DNA from: Eledone cirrhosa
Taxonomy: Eukaryota
Reading direction: 5' to 3'
DNA length: 64,000 nucleotides
Assembly: GCA_964016885.1 (NCBI GenBank)
Contig: OZ024762.1
Span: 8,432,001 to 8,496,000, forward strand
Shown in pieces: positions 13,137 to 26,140 of this stretch (position 1 is its first letter; each line of letters begins with the position of its first letter). The position numbers and the translations under genes were made by a program. The notes under the pieces are model-generated. The model made no database searches. It saw only the letters and a program-made list of their open reading frames with translations, and was not told the DNA's origin.

Positions 13137-13330
13137 ATAAATGTATGTCTGTGTGTGTGTGTATATATACATATATATAAATAAATGTATGTCTGTGTGT
13201 GTGTGTATATATATATATATATAAATAAATGTATGTCTGTGTGTGTGTGTATATATATATATATATAAATAAATGTATGTCTGTGTGTGTATATATATAT
13301 ATAAATAAATGTGTGTGTGTGTGTGTAGGT
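12000..13330. repeat. (TA)n/(TG)n microsatellites and taaataaatgtatgtctgtgtg-based minisatellite
   Basis: Directly visible. Confidence 0.9.
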
Positions 13331-13537
13331 GTTCTGTATGTGTTGGTAAAGAGAAGCTGGCAGCAAGCAAGGAAGTCGGCAGTGTTTATTTTTCTTAGTT
13401 CTATTGCAACCATCTGTGTCAACTGAAACACTTTTAATGTAATGAGGATTCCACCTCTATTGGGTAAGAACCCCTAATTAGATAAACATCATTCCCATTT
13501 TCTTAATGAAGGGGCCTGGACCCCTAGACTCCTTTAC

Positions 13538-13590
13538 CTGTACTTCAGAGTCAGTCCATGTTCAACAGCCATTGCAATGTTAAAAGATGG
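13538..13590 (-). CDS. Candidate exon (PSFNIA-MAVEHGLTLKY), phase 0 to phase 2; may contain the start codon at 13572
   Basis: Acceptor ttaacaccctcatctag and donor cag|gtaaag. The terminal AG plus the first T of exon 9723 gives Ser and keeps the frame. ATG context gcaATGG. Confidence 0.55.
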
Positions 13591-13661
13591 CTAGATGAGG
13601 GTGTTAACTAATGGCTAACTTATTAAGTCTTATTAGGGTGGTGGACATGATGATGATGATG

Positions 13662-13805
13662 ATTGGCAGAATCAGTAGAGTCTCGGACAATATGCTTTGC
13701 AGCATAGAATTTTGGCCCTTTACATTCTGAGTTCAAATTCCGCCATGGTTAACTTTGCCTTTCATCCTTGCGGGGTCGATAAAATAAAGTACCAGTAGCG
13801 CACTG
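13662..13805 (+). mobile_element. S1 SINE (3' truncated)
   Basis: ttggcagaatcagtagag...gagttcaaattccgcc...gtcgataaaataaagtaccag. Confidence 0.8.
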
Positions 13806-13824
13806 ACTAATTAATTGGTTGACC

Positions 13825-14052
13825 TAACCCCTTAGAATTTACATTACTCTATATTTACTATTGTATTTTTACGGTAAAGTCTTTACCTCACATAATTGTC
13901 TCACATAATATTGAATCTATGAGATTTTGATATTATTTATTTCGAGAAAAATACTTTAATTTCGGTATGAGTGGCTGGTTATGGCCTGTTTGAACAGAAA
14001 GAGGTGAGAGATCTCTGGCCGGATATGGCCGGTTTAAATGCTAAAGGGTTAA
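13825..14052 (+). mobile_element. piggyBac-like MITE family A
   Basis: Full body, ending aaatgctaaagggTTAA. Confidence 0.85.
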
Positions 14053-14139
14053 TTAATTCACTCATTAAGCTAAACCCGTAACTGATGGTCACCCTTATAT
14101 ATATGTCTATACTTATGTATGGAGCAATTATAGAGGAAT

Positions 14140-15110
14140 AAAACTAATGGACTAAGTTATGAACGTGACCGAAAAAGTTATAGCGCAGCTAATTAGGGAA
14201 AGAGTCAAAATAGATGATATGCAGTTTGGTTTCATGCCTGGGAAAAGTACTACAGATGCCCTCTTCTTAGTGAGGTAACTACAAGAGAAGTTCCTTGTAA
14301 AAAATAAGCCACTATATTTAGCTTTTGTTGATCTAGAGTGCCTCAATCTATTATCTGGTGGTCCTTAAACAAACTAGGTGTAGTAGAATGGCTTGTGAAA
14401 GCAGTACAAGCTATGTACAGAAGACCTGTCAGTAAAGTAAGAGTAGGAAATGAGTTTAGCAAGGAATTCAAAGTACAGGTAGGAGTTCATCAAGGTTCAG
14501 TTCTTAACCCACTGTTGTTCATCATAGTTTTTCAGGCCATAACAGAGGAGATTAACATGGGCTGCCCATGGAAACTTCTCTATGCAGATGATTTGGTCCT
14601 TATAGCTGAAACCAAAAAAGAACTAGAAAATAAATTCCGATTCTGGAAACTAAATTAGGAATCAAAAGGTCTGAGAATAAACTTAGCCAAAACTAAAGTG
14701 TTAGGGAGTAGGAGAGAAGATAAAATCCAGATTCCCTCAGGGAAGCAGCCAAGCTCAATATGCAGAAAAGGAGTAGGCATAAAGTACATGTACACAATGT
14801 GAATCTTGGGTACACAAAAGATGTAGTAGAATAACAAGTAGACTAACAGGAAGGAAGAACTTTGCATGTAGATGCACAGGAGAAATTGAGAGGAAGAGTG
14901 CTAATGATGTAAACCTTTTCCAGTCACAGGAAGGATCCATAGATGTGGTTGATAGCTTCTGCTACCTAGGTGACTTAATTAGCAGCAGATGGGGGTGCTC
15001 TGAGAGCATAATAGCTAGAATATGGATAAGATGGAAGATGTTTAGAGACCTACCCCTACTGTTGACAACAAAAGGTTTCTCTCTATGTACAAAGAGAAGG
15101 CTGTATGACA
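14140..15110 (+). pseudogene. Decayed RTE-clade LINE reverse transcriptase fragment
   Basis: Motifs QFGFMPGKSTTDALF, GVHQGSVLNPLLF, LLYADDL and DSFCYLGD, with stops and frameshifts. Paralogous to 39039-40328. Confidence 0.92.
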
Positions 15111-15610
15111 TTATTTTTGACAGAGGGAGGTGTTTGTTTGACAGACAAACAAAGAATATGTTGCAGTTATTATTATATAGATTACCAAATTTTAATTGCT
15201 AAAGGTTAACAGATAGAGAAAGAAACAAAAGCCCGGAATCGTTGTGATGTAGAGGGAGGGGTCCATAACGACTATTAAACATCTGTTAATGACTAAATAT
15301 ATTGGGGTGGGGAGGGCGATACAAAGAAAGAAAAATACTGGTGGCCCTTTATTACATAATGGGGAAATAAATAAATAAACCAAGCTAAGAAAACAAAGAA
15401 TGTTTATATCTATATATTCCCTATCTCATCAGCCATTCTACATATGCCCATCTCATCTGACCTCTTGAAAAGTAGAGGTCATTCGGTGCATAGCAATTAG
15501 TAAGACAGGGTGGGTGGGGTGAAATACTACTAAAGTACTTATCAAACAGTACTTAGGTGTTGTTAACAGCCATCACTCTTGTGAATCTTCCATCGAATAA
15601 CAAGAGAATC

Positions 15611-15895
15611 ACTACATGGTCACTCACTAAGCTAGAAATAGCAGCCAAATCAGCCTTAGTCATATACCATACCAGACTAGACAAGCTGTCCTTCTAACCA
15701 AGGGAGCCAATATATGGTCACTCACTGTGCTAGAAATAGCAGCCAAATCAGTCTTAGTCATATACCATACCAGACTAGACAAGCTGTCCTTCTAACCAAA
15801 GGAGCCACTATATGGTCACTCACTGTGTTAGAAATAGCAGTCAAATCAGTCTAAATTATATACCCCACCAGATTAGACAAAGCTGTCCTTACCAA
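15611..15895. repeat. 98 bp x3 tandem repeat containing a dispersed-repeat motif (gctagaaatagcagccaaat)
   Basis: ggtcactcac recurs at 15618, 15716 and 15814. The motif is also seen near 17865 (-), 25305 and 59588. Confidence 0.85.
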
Positions 15896-16501
15896 GATGG
15901 CAACCACTACATAGTCACTAAAATGGCGACTGCAATATATTTTTCGAACTGGCCCCTCTATATAAGGCCTGAACCTGTCCCTTGTTAACCTGCATGAAGG
16001 AAGATGTGGTATGATTATTTTTGTTACCTCTCACCATACTGTAGTTTTGGTGGTCTTATTAGTACTAGTTACCAATCTGGTACTTTCTTAGAGCCACGAA
16101 GACTAGGCTTTTTTAGAGGCTGCCTTTACCTGCCCCTTCATAGCTACATCACTGGGGTGTGAGAGTTTTCTTGGGAGCTATAGGTGTCACCCATTGCTCG
16201 ACCTTCCCTAGTAGTTTACCGCTATTGCTCCAGGGTTGCTTATTCATCTGGCAGATGCTCACTTATGTTGTAACTAACCATCATAGCAGGACAATTTTCA
16301 GATGGAAATTGCAGACGACATGGTATTACTTAACTGGTCAGAAGGTGATCTCCCACTTGCACACCCTTGAATATTCAGATTGTTCTCCTGTGGAGCATGC
16401 ACCCCACGATGGGAACCACTGCCCTAGATACTAGGGTTTTATATTGCTCACTACAAAACCTTTGCCCTCTTCTCAACAACTATGGTCACCCCAGTGCTAA
16501 A

Positions 16502-16710
16502 TCATCATCATCATCGTTTAACGTCTATCCTCCATGCTAGCATGGGTTTAGACGGGAATTGTCCCACTTGAGGCAAGATTGGTCGGGAGACCGTGTCTCG
16601 CTCGTATAGGACTGTCTGACAGGTTTTCTACGGCTGGATGCCCTTCCTAACACCAACCACGTTTACAGTGTGGACTGGGAGGTTTTTACTGCGTAAACTA
16701 CACGGCAAAA
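16502..16710 (-). mobile_element. RTE-type 3' tail fragment (truncated SINE or LINE) with (TGA)n tail
   Basis: (cat)n cgtttaacgtc...ctggatgcccttcctaacaccaacc, the same tail as the LINE at 38747. Confidence 0.8.
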
Positions 16711-16731
16711 TATTTCTATAATATTGGTATA

Positions 16732-16922
16732 TAATTGTTTCTACTGTTGGCACAAGGCCAGCAATTAGCCAGTGTATTACTGGTACTTTATTATATCGAC
16801 CCCGTAGGGATGAAAGGCAAAGGTGACCTCGGCGGGATTTGAACTCAGAATGGAAAGGGCCGTAACTCTATGTGTCAAAGCATGGCGTCCGACCCTCTAC
16901 CGATACTGCCAATCCACCGCCC
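16732..16922 (-). mobile_element. Full-length S1 SINE with 12 bp TSD
   Basis: TSD aatattggtata at 16720-16731 and 16923-16934. Confidence 0.9.
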
Positions 16923-17181
16923 AATATTGGTATAGAATTTGTTATGGGGACCCACAAGACTAACTCCTGTTTGTCGTGGGGTCCTACGAAACTAAGCCCT
17001 GGTTTAGAAGAGAAATGGCCTTAAAATATTTGCTGTTGTTGTTATTGTTGTTGTATTGGTATGCACAACAACAGCTACTTCAGGATAAATAACCTCAAAT
17101 ATTATAAGAACCAGATGTAAGATATAGACTTAAGTATTTGCGTGTATATAAATATTCATGTATGTATGTGTGTCTGTATGC

Positions 17182-17212
<31 letters not shown>

Positions 17213-17340
17213 AATATATATACATGTGTGTATATGTATATGTGTATGAGTATATATATATATATACATGTGTGTATATGTATATGTGTATGAGTATATA
17301 TATATATATACATGTGTGTATATGTATATGTGTGTGTGTA

Positions 17341-17384
<44 letters not shown>

Positions 17385-17694
17385 TATATATATTTATATA
17401 TACATGTGTGTATATGTATGAATATATATATATGTGTGTGTGTGTGTGTATGAATATATATATATATCATCATCATTTAATGTCTACTTTCCACGCTAGC
17501 ATGGATTAGACAGATATATATATATATATATATACACGTGTGTATAAGTATGAACATATATATATATACACGTGTGTGTATATGTATGAAAAAAAAAATA
17601 TATATATATATACACATTTATGTGTATATATATATATGTATATATATGTGTGTATCCGAACACACAATATAAATGAAAACCACATGATTCCTTC

Positions 17695-17930
17695 CACATT
17701 GCTGCCTTGTTGTTGTTGTTGTTGATGCCCATGTTAACCCTGATTGAGCAGACCTATAATGTGACCATCCTGCGCCCCCCCCCCCCCCCCCCTTGAGTAA
17801 GGAACCGAGAACCACATTACCTAACGTGTCATATATTAAAGCAGTGATGCCGTTTTGTGGGAGATTTGGCTGCTATTTTTAGCCGGTCTATCAATTCTGA
17901 AGAGGCACCCACATTGGCTCATATGAATCA
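17695..17930 (-). mobile_element. Retroposon 3' fragment with (CAA)n tail (third family)
   Basis: ttataggtctgctcaatcagg...aacaacaac, similar to 3850-3900 and 49650-49730. Confidence 0.55.
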
Positions 17931-18031
17931 TGGTGGCAGAATGAGGTGGCACACACACACACACATACACAAAAACACATAGATATACATGCATTCACAC
18001 ACATAAAAATATACACATATACCTACACACA

Positions 18032-18103
<72 letters not shown>

Positions 18104-18146
18104 TACGTAAAAACATGCATGCAAACACAGACACACATTATATATA

Positions 18147-18200
<54 letters not shown>

Positions 18201-18253
18201 CATATACACACAAACACACATATACATAAAAACATGCATGCAAACACACACAC

Positions 18254-18295
<42 letters not shown>

Positions 18296-18409
18296 CATAC
18301 ATATACACACACAAACAAACATACATATAGACACATATATTCATAATTATATATACACACACACTATTCCAAACTAGATCTGTCTTCCTAATAATATGAA
18401 CAAATAAAA

Positions 18410-18870
18410 CTAAAACTAAACAAACAACAATAACATCACCAACAACAACAGCACTAACAACATTACCAACAACAACACCAACAACATCACCAACATCAAC
18501 ACCAACAACGACATTACCAACAACAACACCAATAACAACAACACCAACAACAACAACACTACAACCACCACCAACAACAACAGCACTAACATCAAAAGCA
18601 CTTACAACAACATCTACAGCACTAACAACAACACTAACAGCAACATCAAACAGCACTAACAACAACAACAAGACTAACAACATCAACAGCACTAACAACA
18701 ACAACACTGACAGTAATAAGATGAAAATTCTAGAAATTTCAGATTCTCAAAAGTATATTAAAGATATTCATTGCCTAATTAATATTCTGCCCCCCCCCCC
18801 CTCCTTCCAGCATAACTACCCCCCACCACCACCACCACCACATTTATAATCCCAAACCCCTCTCCTCCTC

Positions 18871-18953
<83 letters not shown>

Positions 18954-20790
18954 CCATGTATGTATATATTTATTTTAATTTTTTTTCTACCACCCCAATG
19001 CTAAGCCACCATCAATACACCACCACACTACACCACACCACCCCAACACTACACCACACCACCCCAACACACCACCACACCACCCATCACACCACCACAC
19101 TACACCACTCCACACCACCCCAACACACCAACACACTACATCACCACCACCCCAACACACCACCATGCCACACCACATTAAGCCACCATCAATAAACTAC
19201 CACAACACACCACACCACACCACACTAAGCCACCATCAACAAACTACCACAACACACCACACCACACCACACCACACTAAGCCACCATCAACAAACTACC
19301 ACAACACACCACACCATACCACCACACCACCACTACACCACACTAAGCCACCATCAATACACCACCACACCACACCACATTAAGCCACCATCAATACACC
19401 AGCACCCCAACACACCACCACTACACCACACAAAGCCACTACACCACACCATACCACTACACCACACCACACTAAGCTACCATCAACAAACTACCACAAC
19501 ACACCACTATCAATACACCACACCACACTACCCATACCACCACCACCACCAGACCACCACACTACCCAGACCACTACACTACCCATACCACGACCACCAC
19601 CACCAGACCACCACACTACCCAGACCACCACACTACCCAGACCACTACACTACCCATACCACCACCACCACCACCAGACCACTACACTACCCATACCACC
19701 ACCACCAACATATCCACAACAGCAGCATATGTGAATAATTAAATCCAATAACTGAGCCCAAACCATACTCCCTTCCACACACACACACACACTGACATAT
19801 ATACATACACACAGACACACACACACACACACACACACTGACATATATACATACACACACACTGACATATATACATACACACAGACACACACACTGACAT
19901 ATATACATACACACAGACACACACACACACACACTGACATATATACATACACACAGACACACACACACACTGACATATATACATACACACAGACACACAC
20001 ACACTGACACATATACACACAGACACACACACACATGCACACACACATATTGAACCACACCACCAACACCGCCACCACCACATCACCACTACTACCACCA
20101 CCACTAACACCATCATCACCACTACCACCACCATCATCAACATCATCACCACTACCACCACCATCACCATCATGACCACTACCACCACCACCACCACCAT
20201 CATGACCACTACCACCACCACCACCACCACCACATCACCACTACTACCACTGCCACCACCACCATCATCACCACTACCACCACCATCATCATCACTACCA
20301 CGACCATCATCACCACTACCACCACCATCATGACCACTACCACCACCACTACCACTGCCACCACCATCACCACCACTACCACATCACCACTACTACCACT
20401 ACCACCACCACCACCACCACTGCCACCACCATCATCACCACCACCACCACCACCACTACCACCACCACCACGACCACTACCACCACCACCATCATCACCA
20501 CTACTACCACCACCACCACCACTGCCACCACCATCATCACCACCACCACCACCATCATCACCACTACCACCACCACCACCATCATCACCACTACCACCAC
20601 CACCACGACCACTACCACCACCACCATCATCACCACTACTACCACCACCACCACCATCATGACCACTACCACTGCCACCACCATCACCACCACCACCACC
20701 ACTACCACCACCATCATCACCACTACCACCACCACCACCATCACCATCATCACCACTACCACCACCACCACCATCACCACCACCACAACT
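18410..20790. repeat. Mosaic of (CAA)n, (CT)n, (CACCA)n, (CA)n and (CAC)n tracts
   Basis: Directly visible. Confidence 0.9.
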
Positions 20791-20957
20791 GGGTGGTTGT
20801 ACTCCACGGAGTAACATCAAACCACTGCTCTCTGGAAAGGAATTCTCTCTCTCTCTCTCACAGACAGACAGACAGACATACACATATACACATATACACA
20901 TATACACATGGAAACTCACAGACATACACACACAGAATTGTATATATATATATATAT

Positions 20958-21300
20958 GGAGGCACATGGCTTAGTGGTTAGAGCATAGGCCTTGTAATCG
21001 AAAGGTTGTGAGTTCAATTCTCGGACCGGGTGATGTGTTGTTTCCTTGAGCAAGACACTTTATTTCACATTGCTCCAGTTTACTCAGCTGCAGAAATGAG
21101 ATGATAGGGACTGAGGTCCCTATCATTCCACTGTAAAGTGGTCGCGTAGGTGCCACGGCAAAAAAGCACCCAGCACTCACTGCAAATGAGGTTGGTGTTA
21201 GGAAGGGCATCCAGCTGTAGAAATCAAGCCAGAATCAGTTCCCGTCCCACCCTTGCAAGCAGGGAAAAGCGGACGTAAATGAAATGATGATGATGATGAT
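20958..21300 (+). mobile_element. Full-length tRNA-derived CORE-type SINE (family S2) with RTE-type tail
   Basis: A-box tggcttagtggtt and B-box gagttcaattc. CORE-like ttgagcaagacactt...ctccagtttactcagctgcagaaatg. Tail shared with the RTE 3' UTR; ends in (TGA)n. Confidence 0.85.
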
Positions 21301-21353
21301 ATATATATATACGATATATTAACAAATGGAAACTATATTTATAAAACCATATT

Positions 21354-21418
21354 TATTTCATTATACATATTTCAAGGACACCAAGTTAAATTATGGTGTG
21401 CTTTCATCAGATAAAATA
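21354..21418 (-). ncRNA. Type I hammerhead ribozyme (family H1)
   Basis: tattttat-CTGATGA-aagcacacca[taatttaact]tggtgtcctt-GAAA-tatgta-TA-atgaaata: intact core, stems I and II pair, minimal stem III. Confidence 0.75.
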
Positions 21419-21493
21419 TAATATAGAGCAGTTTTATAAATAAATATTGACATACCCTTAAAGAATGCGACCATTACTGTTGGAAGCTCCCGG

Positions 21494-21527
<34 letters not shown>

Positions 21528-21554
21528 TAACGACACAGACACACAAGTTGGTAC

Positions 21555-22310
21555 GTATATGTAATGACAGACAGACACACACACACACACACACATATAT
21601 ATACACATACAGTCACATACACAGAAGCTGGTACATATATGTAATGACACACACACACACACATATATATACACATACAGTCACATACACAGAAGCTGGT
21701 ACATATATGTATGACACACACACACACACACATATATACACATACAGTCACATACACAGAAGCTGGTACATATATGTATGACAGACACACACACACATAT
21801 ATATACACATACAGTCACATACACAGAAGCTGGTACATATATGTATGACACACACACACACACACATATATACACATACAGTCACATACACAGAAGCTGG
21901 TACATATATGTAATGACAGACACACACACACACACATATATATACACATACAGTCACATACACAGAAGCTGGTACATATATGTATGACACACACACACAC
22001 ACACACATATATACACATACAGTCACATACACAGAAGCTGGTACATATATGTATGACAGACACACACACACACACATATATATACACATACAGTCACATA
22101 CACAGAAGCTGGTACATATATGTATGACAGACACACAGATATACACATACAGTCACAGACACACACATGCAGTCACATACACAGACATACACATACACAC
22201 ACACAGACACACACATGCAGTCACAGACCCAGACATACACATACACACACATACACACACACAGACACATACACACATAGGGACAGTCACAGGAGCTGGT
22301 ACATATATGC
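21555..22310. repeat. ~70 bp minisatellite (cagtcacatacacagaagctggtacatatatgta + CA/TA spacer)
   Basis: About 9 units plus a degenerate tail. Confidence 0.9.
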
Positions 22311-22429
22311 AATGACACAGAATAAATAGGGGTAATGTGAGATATTTCCAGAGAATTCAAACCAGGATGTTAACTGCTGAAGTCTGGAGATATTCACAAT
22401 ATTTCCCAGGGTGGTTCACATTATAAACA

Positions 22430-24165
22430 CACACACACACATATACATGCACATATGCATACACATCTACACACACATACACACATACACATGCATACAC
22501 ATCTACACACACACATACACATAGATACACATCTATACACATGCACATCTACATACATACACATCTACACACACACATGCATACACATCTACACACACAC
22601 ACACATACACACGCACATAGATACACATCTATACACATGCACATCTACATACATGCATATACACATAGATACACATCTATACACATGCACATCTACATAC
22701 ATGCATATACACATAGATACACATCTATACACATGCACATCTACATACATACACATCTACATACATGCACATACACATAGATACACATCTATACACATGC
22801 ACATCTACATACATACACATCTACACACACACATGCATACACATCTACACATACACACACACACATGCACATACACATAGATACACATCTATACACATGC
22901 ACATCTACATACATACACATCTACACACATGCATATACACATAGATACACATCTATACACATGCACATCTACACATGCACATCTACACATGCACATCTAC
23001 ATACATGCATATACACATAGATACACATCTATACACATGCACATCTACATACATACACATCTACACACATGCATATACACATAGATACACATCTACACAC
23101 ATGCACATCTACATACATACACATCTACACACACACATGCATACACACACACATACACATAGATACATATGCACATCTACATACATACACATCTACACAC
23201 ATGCATATACACAGATACACATCTATACACATGCACATCTACATACATGCATATACACATAGATACACATCTATACACATGCACATCTACACATGCACAT
23301 CTACATACATGCACATACACATAGATACACATCTATACACATGCACATCTACATACATACACATACACATAGATACACATCTATACACATGCACATCTAC
23401 ATACATACACATCTACATACATGCATATACATCTACACACACACACATACACATGCACATACACATAGATACACATCTATACACATGCACATCTACATAC
23501 ATGCATATACACATAGATACACATCTATAAACATGCACATCTACATACATACACATCTACACACATGCACATACACATAGATACACATCTATACACATGC
23601 ACATCTACATACATACACATCTACACACATGCATATACACATAGATACACATCTATACACATGCACATCTACATACATACACATCTACACACATGCATAT
23701 ACACATAGATACACATCTATACACATGCACATCTACATACATACACATCTATACACATGCACATCTACACATGCACATCTACATACATGCATATACACAT
23801 AGATACACATCTATACACATGCACATCTACACATGCACATCTACAAACATGCATATACACATAGATACACATCTATATACATGCACATCTACATACATAC
23901 ACATCTACACACATGCATATACACATAGATACACATCTATACACATGCACATCTACATACATGCACATACACATAGATACACATCTATACACATGCACAT
24001 CTACATACATACACATCTACATACATGCCTATACACATAGATACACATCTATACACATGCACATCTACAAATGCACATCTACATACATGCATATACACAT
24101 AGATACACATCTATACACATGCACATCTACATACATACACATCTACACACATGCACATACACACA
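22430..24165. repeat. CA-derived complex minisatellite (acacatagatacacatctatacacatgcacatctac)
   Basis: Directly visible. Confidence 0.9.
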
Positions 24166-24261
24166 TATTCATATCATCATTTTACAATTGGTCGCCATTC
24201 TGGCATGGGCTTAAGGGAAAACTTATGAAATTATATATAGTAAGTTTCTGGCATGATGTAA

Positions 24262-24294
<33 letters not shown>

Positions 24295-24297
24295 TAT

Positions 24298-24625
24298 GTT
24301 TCTTTATTAGCCACAGGGGCACAAAAGAAGGGGACAAATACAAAAGGGGAAGTTTACATACAATAAAAACGTGTAAAATACTATCACAAATGCAATTTAA
24401 AAATTAATCGATTTTCCCCAATAGGGGGAGACAGTTCATATGGGTAACACATACCTCCGAAAAAATGTGCAACCCTCATCTCCAGGAGTACGAAGAGTGA
24501 GTACCCCTTTCCTCTCTTCCTCTTTTTCCTCAACCTACAGGCTGATATAGAGAGAAGGCCCATTCACTCGGGCCTTTCTCGCCACTTTCACCCACCTTTC
24601 ATAAAACTTGCTGGGGTACAGCACC
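24298..24625 (-). mobile_element. Probable L1/Tx1-like LINE 3' end
   Basis: Minus strand reads VLYPSKFYERWVKVARKARVNGPSLYISL*, then a UTR ending gtggctAATAAAgaaa. A similar tail is at ~3370. Clade is inferred. Confidence 0.4.
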
Positions 24626-25366
24626 TCTCTCTCTCTCTATATATATATATATAGATAGATAGATAGGTAGATATATATATAGAGAACAATAGTCGGGGCC
24701 CCGACATCGGAGTTCTGGCCGTTTCGACAGCTAGATCCAAATGTTCGGATCTAGCTGTTGAAATGGCCGGAGCTCAGCCGTCAGGGTCTTGACTCTTTTT
24801 CTATTACCCACTTTATGGGCAAAATGATGAGTACTCAGATATATTTTAACACAGTACCCACCCTCCTATAAAGTGGGGGATGAACAGACCTAAGAGACAA
24901 CAAATGGTAGAAGGGACCCTTTGGCCTCGTTGAGGACTTGTCAACCTCTCTGGTGTTGATGCCATGGTAAAATGCACTCGGTACACTATGTAAAGTGGTT
25001 GATATTAAAATGAGCACCCAGTTGTAGAAGATATGGAAGATATGAGCAAAATGATGATAAACTGTTAAACGATTTACAAAACAGCAAATCTTAGATTCCA
25101 CGACTCTTATGTTTACAGACAATCTCTACCACCCTAAATGTAATAAGATGAAACAAAAATTGTTTTAGAGAGAGAATTTATTCATATAAACAAATATATT
25201 AAATTTTTGCAAATATTTTCTTAAAAGACACTCCTCTTGCCGAGCCCTAGAATATTCACGTGAAACCTACTTTGTGAGACACTGTTCTATACAACTACTA
25301 ATTCTGCTAGAACCAGCAGCCAATTCTCCCTCAAATCACATTTTATTTTATTTTATTTTATTTTAT

Positions 25367-25550
25367 TAACCCTTTAGCATTCACATTACTTCATATTTAC
25401 TATTGTAATTTTGTGGTAAAGGCTTTATCTTACATAATTGTCTCACATAATATCGAATCTATGAGATTAAGATGTTATTTATTCTGAGAACAATACCTTA
25501 ACATCAGTATGAGCAGTTAGTTAGTCCAGTTTGAACAAAAAGAGGTTTTA
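25367..25550 (+). mobile_element. MITE family A, right end missing
   Basis: TTAAccctttagcattcacattac followed by the family A body. Confidence 0.8.
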
Positions 25551-25639
25551 GATATGTGAGAGGTGTTGGGTGATCATTCTCTCCATACCACCACCACCAC
25601 CACCACCAACAACAACAATAACACTTTCATCACTACCAC

Positions 25640-26110
25640 ATCTTAACCTAAATCATTGTAAGTTAGATGTGACCTCTGACCCAAAACATTGTAGGTTATA
25701 TGACCTCTCACCTAAATCACTATATGATAGGCGACCTCTGATCTTAAATCACTCTAGTTATGTGACCCCTGACTTAAATCACTGTAGTTATGTGACCTCT
25801 GACCTAAATCACTATATGATATGTGACCTCTGATCTTAAATCACTGTAGTTGTGTGACCTCTGACCTAAATCACTGTAGTTATGTGACCCCTGACTTAAA
25901 TCACTGTAGTTATGTGACCCCTAACTTAAATCACTGTAGTTATGTGACCCCTGACTTAAATCACTGTAGTTATGTGACCCCTGACTTAAATCACTGTAGT
26001 TATGTAACCTCTGATTTAAATCACTGTAGTTATGTGACCTCTGACTTAAATCACTTATGATATGTGACCTATGATCTAAGTCACACTAGGTTATATGACC
26101 CTTGACCTAA
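25640..26110. repeat. 30 bp minisatellite (atgtgacccctgacttaaatcactgtagtt)
   Basis: About 15 units; translates as repeated CSYVTPDLNH. Confidence 0.9.
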
Positions 26111-26140
26111 AACTTTATATGTTATAAACCTTTTGAATAC

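Noticed and set aside
20958-21030. tRNA gene
   Set aside because: Has A and B boxes but runs into CORE and LINE-derived sequence, so it is a SINE head.
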